Assembly: GCA_016748015.1 (NCBI GenBank)
Contig: JAAOMT010000151.1
Location: 62,001-126,000, forward strand
Source of the DNA: Geosiphon pyriformis uo1
Lineage: Eukaryota > Fungi > Glomeromycota
Length of the DNA stretch: 64,000 nt
Direction of reading: 5' to 3'
Below, piece after piece: positions 25,718 through 36,468 of the stretch. Both the position numbers and the translations under genes were made by a program. Position 1 is the stretch's first letter, and every line of letters begins with the position of its first letter. Under the pieces are notes generated by a model. That model saw nothing but the letters and a program-made list of their open reading frames with translations, was not told where the DNA came from and did not search any database.

Positions 25718-26120
25718 CTAAACAATATCTTTAATTTTGTCTGGTAACATAACCTCCTCCTCAAGACTGAGCTCCATCGAAATCCAAGTACTGTCTGTAA
25801 TTTCCAGATAATAATCCAAAATTATTGAAAAAATTTGGTCTGAAAATTGTTGAAATTTCAGTTCTGTGAGCTTTCCAATATATTGAATCTTCAAAGGCTG
25901 TAAAATTGGGTTTTGTAGAACGTTTTCACAGGTGTGAAATAGGTCATAAAGTCTAAGAGCAGTTCTTAGTTTATAATAACTGTTTGTAGATCCAGCTGTT
26001 GTCTTGAATTTATTGTGGAGTTGTTTCCTAATAGCTTCTTTTGTGAGGTTTGCTGCTGTAAGCTCCCATTTTTGTTCATGAAGTGTTTTTCTGATGTAGA
26101 AATATCTATATATTAGAGTA
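25718..26120 (-). pseudogene. C-terminal half of Gypsy-B ORF3 (open remnant)
   Basis: Hand translation: TLIYRYFYIRKTLHEQKWEL...KLRTALRLYDLFHTC...YIGKLTELKFQQF...ISMELSLEEEVMLPDKIKDIV*; no stops; homologous to 48371-48760. Confidence 0.75.
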
Positions 26121-29100
26121 TTACTGTTATGTTACTAGTATATCCAGCATTGATTATTCCTCCTCTGACATTGATTCCTTTGCTTGCCAGAGAGAACCGG
26201 AAGGCAATTTGAACCATTGCTCCTGGCAGGATTTCGAGAGCAATTTTGAGGTTGATTTTTGTAAGAGATTTGGGTTTGAGAACAAGAGTATCCTTGTCTG
26301 AATATCTTAGGTCGTATCCAGCATCAATTTTATGTGCTTTTTTGGGTTTTATTCCTTGTTCATTGTTGTTAAAGTATTTGAGTTGTAAGGCAGGCTGATT
26401 TTCAATGAAATAAATAGGTGTTGCTTTAATTTCTTCTGTTGCTTCAGGTTCTCCAAATTCAATTTTGTTTTCATCGTTTTCACTGGGCAGGGGAATGCTA
26501 AGAGCATAGCATTCAGGGCACCATTGTTCATTACAAGGCATTATGCATTCCTTACATAATTTAATGTTCATTTGTTCTAGCCATTAAGCTTGAGCTTCTT
26601 TAGTCGGGTAGGTGTGACTTGCGATTTGATGGTACACTTCTACTTCATCTTTGTAATCAAATCCAGCTAATTCCATGATGTATTCAATGTATTCTGCTTC
26701 TTTCATTTGACAAATATCTTCTTTGGTAGCTCCATTAACTAATGCCATTGCTAAGTCGAAAATCATCTCAGCATTATAAAGATAGTGATAAAGTTTGTTA
26801 AGAGCACTGTTGTATGCTGCATCAAAAGGTGTTCCTCTTTTGACTTTTTCTGAAATTGATAAAGCATATTGGCAGGTTTGATCACAGACTCCTCTTCTCA
26901 TTGCTACATCAATCCAATTGCATTTTTCTAGTAGCATATCTCCACAAGTCAAACAAGGGGTGTTGTCCTATTTTCTACTTCTTTTTATTAGATGGCCCCA
27001 TTATTCTCTGTAGCAAGCCTTGCAGTAATAACAAGTATGATTTTCATATTCTTCTTCAGGTAAAATGCAGGCTCCCATTGAGGAGAGTTTTTTGTGGCAG
27101 TCTTTGCATTTGAGTGGGATGTAAGGGTGTTATTTCTTTGGTTCTGGTTTAGAATATGAGATGTTCCATCCAGGAGTTTCTGGCTCCTCTGAATATGAGT
27201 TTGTTGCAAAATATGTTTACTCAGTTTCTTCAGTCCAATTAGATGTTGATTCAAGTGCCATAAATGTTTCAACTACAGGCTTTTTTTTCTCCTCTTCAAA
27301 TTCGAAGACAGGGGCTTTCTCTGATCATTTGTTGAATATACCACAAGTAGCGAATACTCGGGCATGTTGTCCTTGATAAGAAAGTTGTAATTCATGGGTT
27401 TTTCAGTCTAATTTTGTATTGGCTTTTTGGAGCCAATTATTTCTGACAAGAGCTTGATACTGGAGTGCATCCATTACAAGAACTTTGACTGGAATGGTGA
27501 TTCCATCAAGTGTGAATGGAAAATTGTCAATTTCTCCTACTGGAGTTTTTTTCATGCCATTGGCAGTGATGATTACTGTCTAAGCTGGTCAGTTAACATT
27601 TCTCTTTAACTGTTGCATCAACTGGTAGGTGATGATGCTTCTGGTGGATCCACTGTCTAGGATCAAGCGAATTGGCTTTTCTTCTGCTTCAACTTTTGTG
27701 TACATTGCAGTGATGGCTTTTTGCCCATTAGCTGCTACATTGCTAAGCAAGAATGGTAATTCATTTGCTTCAAATTCGAAAGGGAATATATCTGAAAGGT
27801 TGGTATTTTCAGCAATTCTGGCTGGTGAGATTGTGGTAAGAGTATAGGAAGGATTTTGTTGTTGTGCTGCAGCTCTACCTTCTGAGAGTACAGTATGGCA
27901 AAAATCCTGTTCTTCTGACATCATAAGATAATTAGGTTGAGTATGATAGTGGTTGGGTCTTAGTTAAGCTGAATTTCGAGAAATCAATTGGTTATTTGAA
28001 TTGATTCTATTGTTGTTTACTTGGTATCGGTTTTGTGGTATGAACTGATTTTGTGGAATCAATCTTTAAGCAGGCACTTGATAATGTTGTGTGGGTGGTT
28101 GTTAGTATTGCTATTGGATTGGCTGTAGGGCAGGCTGATAATAGTTACTTTGATATTGGAGTCTTGGTGGATAGTAAGCTGGTAGTGGTAGTTGATAATA
28201 AGATTGCTGTGGTGGAGGGTAACATTGATTACTCCTATTTTGTTGGTCTTGTTGTAGCTTTCTGCAATTTTTTTTCCAGTGGCCAGGGTTTCCACAGTAA
28301 TGGCAATTCTGAGGCTGGTTATTAGAAAGTGATGTGAAGTTATTTTGATTTTGTCTTTGGGGTAGTTGATATTTTTGGGGCTGCTGTTGTTGTTGTTGGT
28401 TGGTGAAGTAGTTTTCAACTTTCTTGGTTAATTGGTCAATCTTTTTTTCAGCTGCTGAGCTGGTTTTTCTGATAGCCAGATTAACAAGTTTTGTACGGTT
28501 GGCTTTTTCCATGGCCATTTCATAGTTTTTTGCTTGTTGAATAGCAGTGACTAAATCTTCTGGTGCATGTGGGTGAACTTTCTTGATAAGTTTGTCTTTT
28601 AGTCCAGCAATGAATTGATCCAAGATTTGTGCATTGGAGTAGTATTTATTGGTTTCCAATTGGCAAATCCTTCTAAACAGTTTGTTGAATTTCTTATAAT
28701 AGGTTATAACTAATTCACTTGGTTCTTGCTTGATATTTTGGAACCAATTTTGAAGAGTGATGGAAGTGTTATTGTCAGTGAACTGTTCTAGAAAAGCAGT
28801 TTTGAATGCTTCCCAGTGTTCTGGTGGGGCTTCCAAGTTTTCAAACTATTCACTGACTGTTTCTTGTAAGAAGTATGAAATTGCTTTTAACATTCTGGCA
28901 GCATTCCAACCATTTGCATCTCCTGCTTTTGAGACTTTGCCAAGCCATTCTTGAGGACTGGTTTTGCTGTCTTCTCCTGTGAACTCAGAGATTTTTGCAA
29001 TATATGTGGAGGTCATTTTTTCTTCGTTTTCTGAGTCTTCTATTTCTTGTTTTAATTCAGTCTTTTCACTTCAATTTTCTGCTAAGTAGTCAATAAGATT

Positions 29101-29739
29101 TGTGCTGGTTAATATTGGTTCCTGTTGTTGAATAGGGCTTTTGGGTGACTGAAAATCTTCTATTCTTGAAAACTGAATAAGTGGTAAGCTTGGTGTTTGC
29201 AGTTGAGTAAGTGAAGCTGGAAATAGTGTGATTGAGAGTGATAATTTAAAGCTGGTTCCTTGTTCTGGAGTTTGTAAATGTTTGGCAGTGTTTTTAGGTG
29301 TATTGGAAGTAGTTTTGAGTTTTTGTTTCCTTTTTTCTTTTCCTTTTTCTGTTTCCAATTCAAAACTAAGAGAAAATTTCTGTTCTATTGGGTAATTTTC
29401 TTTACAATACTGAATGATATTGAAGTTGAGTTCTTGGAAATATGTTTCAAGTGTTTGACTGTTAAAATTCTGAGTGTTTAGATGAGAGTAATGTATTAAG
29501 CTTTCATATAAGTTGTGTCTAACTTCTGAAATATTGTAGTCTCCAAAAAGATAATTGTTGATGTGATTTTCAATGTACTGGTAAAGTGTTTTCTTGAATG
29601 TTTCAATTCCGTCTGGGATGTCAAATCTCTGCTTGCAGTGGGTGTAGATTGACTGATAATACTCTAGAGTTCTTGAATCTGTTTGAGTCGCCACTTTTGA
29701 ATTTGTTGTTGCTGTGTTATTTCTGTGGGAGAGCACCAA
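26113..29739 (-). pseudogene. gag-protease-(Cys-rich)-dUTPase polyprotein of B1, single frame, truncated in the dUTPase
   Basis: CHYCGNPGHWKKNC knuckle; IRLILDSGS protease; DAGYDLR, RFSLA, GGIINAGY dUTPase motifs 1-3; listed ORFs share one frame. Confidence 0.9.
29721..29738 (-). promoter_or_regulatory. Primer-binding site of B1 (TGGTGCTCTCCCACAGAA)
   Basis: 2 nt from the LTR; complement parses as tRNA 3' end TT-CTGTG-GGAGAGC-A-CCA; decayed copy at 56226-56243; cognate tRNA not assigned. Confidence 0.8.
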
Positions 29740-31180
29740 ATGTTACCAGAGGTTTTTGGTCTCTTTTCTTAAATGTTGTTGATGTTGATTTGCTGTGAAT
29801 TTACGTTTCCAGGAAGTAGTTGAATCTCCAGTAACTGAATTTATCTTCAAATTATCTCCTATAATTTGAACTGCTGGACTTATAAGTGGAATGACCAATT
29901 TCATGCCAGTTGCTTTGTGTAGTTACGTTGTAGTAAACGTCAACTCTTTCCCAAGAATTGCTTGTCTGGAAGCTCACTAAAAAAATGTGTAGTTACTTTG
30001 CTGTGAAAATCAACTTTTTTACAGGAATCTCATCTGTAAGCTACTCTAATGCTTATAATAAGAAAAGAAAAGAAAAATAAAAGAAATGTAAAAGAAATAG
30101 AATTCTGTCAAGAAAAACGTTTTCTATTCAGGCCTGAAGTCACTAACAGTTTACTGAAATTGGTAGCTAATCAATTTCAAAACGTTAGTTGAATTTTTGG
30201 AGATTTTCCAAGTGCAATATTTAAAGAAATTGGTTTTTCGAATTATTTAATATTTTATTTCTTTTTGTGTGTATAAGAATGGTTCTAAGTAATAAATCTA
30301 AAGTAAGATACATTTTTTTGAAGAGAAAAGCTTTTTTTTTATACAACTTGTTATAATACTATTCTATGAACTTGAACTTTGCTCTTTTCTACAATTTTGC
30401 TGAACTAAAGATACATTTCAGCAAATTATTAAATATTTCAGTGAACTATCAATTATTTCAGTGAATTTCTACAAATTTCAGTGAACTTTTGAATGTTACA
30501 TATTTTGGGGTATTGCATAATTGATCATCGCACTTAGGTTACATTTGTGTTATATACAAATTGGGTTATTAATTAAATGATAATTTCAGACATTTTGCTA
30601 ATGTAATAAGTGATAATTTGAAACGATAATATATGCTAATTAATGATAAGATTTATAAGGATAATTTCATGCTAAACAATATCTCTAATTTTGTCTGGTA
30701 ACAGTGACTAAGATATTTTATGAGACTGATCTCGCATATTGAATCCATACTCATTCAATTTACTTATTGAAGTTGAATCCTCTTTGATTATTTTTATCAC
30801 CCTAAAATCCTGTTCTCCCTTGCTATCCGTTAGCTTGTTACTCCAACCCATAACAACAGTTTTAAATCTGAATAAAAGTGTAGTAAATCTTGTAGTTTCT
30901 ACTGTTGTTGAATTTTGTAGAATTGTGTTATTTTTTTCTTTTTCTATAGCAGAAGTTTTGTTCCTCTCCATTTGGTCTTTACAGTCAGTAGTTTTTACAC
31001 TTGTACTTTTTTGTGTAACTGGTGTCATTTTACTGTTGGTGTTGTTATTAAACACTTTTAAATCTGTTGTAATAATAATAATTTATTATAATTAAAAATT
31101 TCTTTGCAAAATCTTATTTTCCAAATTTGAGGCATAGTAAAATATGTGATAGTAGTCAAAGAAAAAAAAAAGTTTTTCTT

Positions 31181-34100
31181 AAAAATAGAATCTTCCTTGA
31201 CCCAGCTAAAGTTGAAAAAGTCCAGAACATTAGACAATTAATAAATGTTTCTAAACTATACTTTTTCCTTGATTTGGCTTTTTACTATTACAAATTTATT
31301 AAAGATTTCTCTAAAATCATCTTTTCTCTCAATTAGCTACTCAGAAAAAATGTCAATTATTACTAGGACACTCATTAACAAAAAGCTTTTGAAACTCTGA
31401 AGAAAAAACTTGTTATTAAACCAATTCTTAAACAACTTAATCTGAACCAATCTTTTATTTTGCACACTAATATATTTGGTTATAGACTTGGTACTGTTTT
31501 TTTACAAAAAGATGAAAATAGCAGAAAACATACTATAGCATATGCCAGTAGAACTCTTACACCAGCAGAAAAAAACTATTTAGTTATTGAACAAGAATAC
31601 TTAGCAGTAATTTGAACTACCAATTACTGAAATTAATATCTTCTTAATGTAAAATTTCTGGTAGTAATAAATCATCAAGTCTTGATTTGGCTGTGCAACA
31701 AAAAAAAGCTAAAACACAAACAAATAACTTGCTAAATACTCCATCTAGATAAATTCAACTATGACATTTAATACCACAAAAGAGCAAATCATTAAAATGC
31801 CAATGCTCTCTTTAGACTTACTATTCAATAATAATACAATCTTTTAACCAAACCAACTTAATTATTAATAATTTTCTTACAAACAAACATGATAATGAAC
31901 TTGAACAACTATTCTGTCTTAATGGAATTTTTGAATAAAAAACAATATCCACCAAAATACACTTAACAACAAAAAGAACATTTATACAAACAATTAAATT
32001 TCTATTTGATTTGCCAGAATCAACTATATAAAAAAAATAAAAAGATCCTAACTGTTTCCAAAAAGTTATTAGATTTGAAGAAAAAGAAATTGTGATCTAT
32101 AACATGCACACTGATCTATTAGCTGGACATTTTGGAAAAACAAAAACAATTTAGAAAACTTTAGCTTGTTATTATTAATCTATTTTAGGAAAAAACATTG
32201 CTAAGTATATCAAAATCTGTAACACTTGCCAAATCTAACCGAAAAAAAAATATCCATCTAATTTCTATTGGCCAACTATTTAACAGAATTGGTATAGATA
32301 TTGTTGAACTTTTAACAATAACTTTTAATGACAATAGATACATTATTATAGCTACCAATTATCTTACAAAGTGAATAGAAGCAAGAACCATTTCAGATCA
32401 AACAGCAGTCTTAATAACCAACTTTATTTATAAAGATATTATCTGTTGTTATGGCTGCTCCAAAAAACTTTTATCTGATAGAAAAAAAAGTTTTCTTAGT
32501 ACACTGGTTGAAGAATTTTGTAGAAAAATAAGAATATATCATAAACTTTTTTCTCTTTACCACTTCCAAACAAATGGCCTAGTGGAATGTTTTAATAGAA
32601 CACTATGTAAAACCTTAGCCAAAACCAGTAAAGAAACAAATTTATGGAACAAAATACTGCCTTCAGTTTTGTTTATTTATAGAACTGTAAATCATAACAT
32701 AACAAATTATAAATCTTTTTATCTATTGTATAAATGTATGGCAATACTACCAATAGAAACTGATATTGAAATAATACTCCTTGAAGAAATCACAATAGAA
32801 AATTACAAAGACATTTTGCAAAGAAGACTTAGTACTATTTTTGACTTCTTAGTAAAAGCACAAATAATTGTCTTTAAAAAAATAAAACAGTTTTAAGAAA
32901 AACTTAAGAAAAAAAAATCTATAAAACACTTTTCTTAAGTATTGGTAATTTAGTATTAGAATACCATTCAGACAAAGACAATGTCTATAATAATAAATTT
33001 TTTAGCCAGTAGAAAGAACTTTTTATAATCAACAAAGTTTTAAACAATAGTTTTTATATTTTACAAGATCAATTTAGAACAATTTTCAATAATTGGTCTG
33101 TTCATGATATATGACTCAAGAAATATCACAAACAATCTGATTGGTTGTTTATTATAGTAATATCAATCCAAATAATCAGCAAAAATCAAATATAAATAAA
33201 TATACTATTCTCAAAACAGAGGTATCTTTAATCAACATAAACAATTATTTTCTGGAATATAACATTCAAAATGCCTTTTATATTCTCTATAAGTATTGAA
33301 TCAAAAACTATCCAAATGCTATTCTGACTATTAGAAAACAGACCATCATAACTGATAATAATAGAATACATACTGTTATTAGACCCAAGAAAATTACTAC
33401 CAGAAAAAAAAATTGGTAGCAAAATAAATAAATATCTGTTAGAAAGTATAACAGCAGCTATATTTTCATCTTTTAGCACAATTGGAAAAATATTTCAAGG
33501 AATCTTGTTTATAAACAAAAACTTGTCATATGGAAGACAATTAAAACTCTATAATCACCTTGGTAAAATCATAGAAGACATAAAATTAATAAAGAAGACA
33601 ACTTCAAAAATACAGACAGAAATTTTGAGTATTATATGATTAGATGTCTTAAGAGTTTTAACTATTGCTAAAAAAGCCAAAACTTTTATACAAAGATTTA
33701 ATCTCTTGGATATAAAACTCATTTTGTTTCAAATATTATATATCTTATCTATTAAAGATTTCAATAAATTAATTAGCTTTGAGTTAGACAAAACTTTTCA
33801 AATAAATTATCCCATAAATAGCTTGATTTTGCCAAAGTTCAATCTCTTTGGAGAGAATGATATTATGATTGAAACCTACACTTTTTATTAATTATTACAT
33901 GTATTAGCCACTAATATTATATAATTAGCCACCTTATTTTTAGATAGTGATCATTAATTTAATCAATAATCTGACTGTTAACCTGATTATTAACCTGATT
34001 ATTAACTTGATTATTAACCACTTTTAATAGCTATATAAGCAATGAGTCTCTTAGCTATAAAAAAATATGATCAAAGTAATAAAATAAAATCTATTATTAA

Positions 34101-34562
34101 TTACTTCTTTTTATATTGTTTATTCCTTTTTTTTACCTTTAAATATCTGAACATTTTAAGATAAAAAATTACTTGTTAGCATTTACATATCTTATTTTTT
34201 CTTTTTTTTTGATTTGTATTGTTAGAATTAGTCTGAAAAGTAATTACATGCTCTTGTGATTTATTTGAATAAAGAAACAATTGAAAAGCACAACAATATC
34301 TGTTATTAATTCTAAGAATTACTGAGTTAAAACATAGAATAATAGCAGTAATATTATCTTGTTGACAATCACAGACTATTTCTCTATCTTCAAATTTTCA
34401 GAAAAAATTTGTGACTGTGTTTTTTATAAAACTAATCATATATATTGAATCCTTACTTATTTAATTTACTCTCTTATTGTAATTTTCTCTTTAATTATTT
34501 CTATTATTTTACAATCCTGTTTTTTTTTGCTATTTATTAGCTTGTTATTTCAATCTGTAACA
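31181..34562 (+). mobile_element. Gypsy-A copy A3, 5'-truncated (RT C-terminus, RH, IN, ORF3, 3' LTR 33861-34562), strongly AT-shifted
   Basis: Collinear with A1 6315-9737; LTR ends TGTAACA; 6 units of the 12-bp array. Confidence 0.9.
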
Positions 34563-34824
34563 CTAAGAATTCTAATATGAAACATAGAATTATATCAATG
34601 TGTTATTATTTGTTAATAGTATGAATTATTTCTTTATCTTCAGATTCTTTGGTTATTTTTTAAAAAAATTAACAATTAAGATATTTTATAAAATTAATCT
34701 TGTATATTGAATTTATACTTATTCAATTTGCTTCTTGAAATTAAATTTTTCTTTAATCTATTCTACTACTATACAATTTTATTCTCTTTTGCTATCTATT
34801 AGCTTATTATTCTAATCTATAACA
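34563..34824 (+). repeat. 3' part of an older Gypsy-A LTR into which A3 inserted
   Basis: Matches LTR positions equivalent to ~2429-2687; ends TATAACA. Confidence 0.8.
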
Positions 34825-35600
34825 ATATAAACATTATTAGTATATAACAAAATAAACAACAAAATAAAAATTACAAATAACATCTAATTAATTGTTTAAT
34901 AATTGTTTTAAATATTAAAAAACAAAAATTTAAACATAAAAATAATAGTTAACTATTAAAAAATTTATTATAAGAATACTTAAAAAAAAAAAACTAAAAT
35001 AGTTCTATATAATAAATTTTAAACACAAATAGATAACTATGTAAAAAAAATTATCAAAAAAGTAAAAAAACTTTCAAAAATTTATTAACAATTTTTTAAT
35101 CTAAAAAACCAATAAAAATCAAAAAAATTGGAAAAAACAATTTTCAATAATATATTACTACTATTATTATATAAAATGACAATTAAATATTTAAATATTG
35201 TATATTAATAAATTCAAAAAAATATTCAACAAAAAAATAATATAACAAGTATAATATTTTATTAAAAAAAAACAATTTAATAATATATTTAAAAATAATA
35301 TACTAATTATATATAATTTTTTATAAAATATTACTATATTTAGTTATAAAAAATATTAATAACAAATCAACTAAAAAAAATAATCAATTTACAGTTTAAA
35401 AAACTAAAAACTAATATTTTTAAAGCTATAAAAAAAAAGTATTCAAACTTATTCAAGAAAAAAATTTGAAAATTTTTGTTAGAATTCAATATAAAAAGAA
35501 AAAAATAATATTATTTATAAAAAAAATATAAAAAATATAAAGAATATAAAAAAATATAAAATAAATAATCAATAGCAAAATATAAAATTATTAAAGCATA
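34825..35600 (+). repeat. Extremely decayed dispersed repeat of unknown family; inverted homologue at ~60230-60960
   Basis: For example 35325-35430 aligns with the reverse complement of 60361-60470. Confidence 0.7.
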
Positions 35601-36468
35601 TAAATCAAAAATTTTAAGAATATTAATAGAAATTTTAAAAATTTTAAAAATGTTAAGAATTTTAGCAATAACTTAAAAAAATTGTAAAAATTTCCAAAAT
35701 TTTATATTATAAAAATTTATGTATATATAGCAGAATCAATAAAAATAGAAAAAACAAACAAATTAATTAAACAAGTTCAATTAAAAACCAGTTTAATTTT
35801 ATTTTATAAAAATAACTTTTATAATTAAAATATTTATAATTATTTATTTATTATTTTTATGAATTTTTATTTATTTTATTAAAATTTAATTACTTATTTA
35901 TTAATGTTGATAATATTAATCAAATATTACTAAAAACATTAAAACAATAATTTTTAATTATAATTATTAATAAAATACTAATTTATATTATATTTTATTT
36001 TTTTATTTTTATTTTATTGTATTTATTAATTAATTAAAAAATATTAAAATTACAATATTAAAAATTATTTAATAAAAAACATTAAGATAAATTATAGTTA
36101 AAAAAACTAAAATTAGTTATTAAAAAAATAAAAAACATTAAAATAAATTAGTTATTATGTTAAAAAAATTAAATATTAAGTATTGTCAATTATTATATTA
36201 AATTTCTATTTATTATACAAAAAATTTTATCACCAAATTTTTAAATTAACAAATTAATAAATTTAAGCATTAAATTACAAAAATTTCAAATATTCAAGAA
36301 ATTTCTACTTATAATATTATATTTAAATTATCATTTTTTTTTTTATTAACATTTAATGAGCAAAGTCCAAACACTGTCTAGTGTAATACATCATACAAAT
36401 GATCTAAACTAAGTGTGAATCATGCTTTATCTACACGTGACCAGCCACTCGGACCAATCAGGACAATA

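Larger units (their letters stand above)
24786..30703 (-). mobile_element. Gypsy-B copy B1, internally deleted (lacks RT/RH/IN); non-autonomous
   Basis: LTRs 29741-30703 (5') and 24786-25749 (3'); TSD GCGA/GTGA (24782-24785 / 30704-30707, CpG transition); PPT GAGGAGGAGGTTA (25750-25762); PBS 29721-29738. Confidence 0.93.
17308..30855 (+). mobile_element. Gypsy-A copy A2, full-length, with B1 inserted in its 3' LTR
   Basis: 5' LTR 17308-17951; 3' LTR 24278-24785 + 30704-30855; TSD ACAG (17304-17307 / 30856-30859). Confidence 0.95.
1..31180 (-). mobile_element. LINE-X: RNase H-containing non-LTR retrotransposon, decayed. Own pieces ~1-1945, 9738-13107, 14684-15552, 16232-17307, 30856-31180; the rest is nested insertions
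   Basis: Minus-strand domains in LINE order: ORF1 RRM-like segments and CHFCYQIEHLVSKC knuckle (14906-15220); APE C-terminal STDHKAV (~13050-13080); RT motifs MKKAYNSVGW and GLDQGETSSP (11588-11791); RNase H ISTDGS...LNTDS (1435-1662); C-terminal CKVC...H..KC (~845-895). Removing the solo LTR at its TSD restores the ORF1 frame. Both ends are approximate (T-tracts at 1-7 and 176-185). Confidence 0.8.

Noticed and set aside
29724-29747. 24-nt GT..AG micro-intron removing the PBS in family B
   Set aside because: Far shorter than the 82-85-nt introns of the host gene, and splicing would create TGA in this copy. Only the acceptor-like site is kept as a hypothesis.
30708-31095. ORFs 30708-31055 (-) and 30739-31095 (+), also 16115-16390, as genes
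   Set aside because: They cross LTR/flank junctions and are chimeric.
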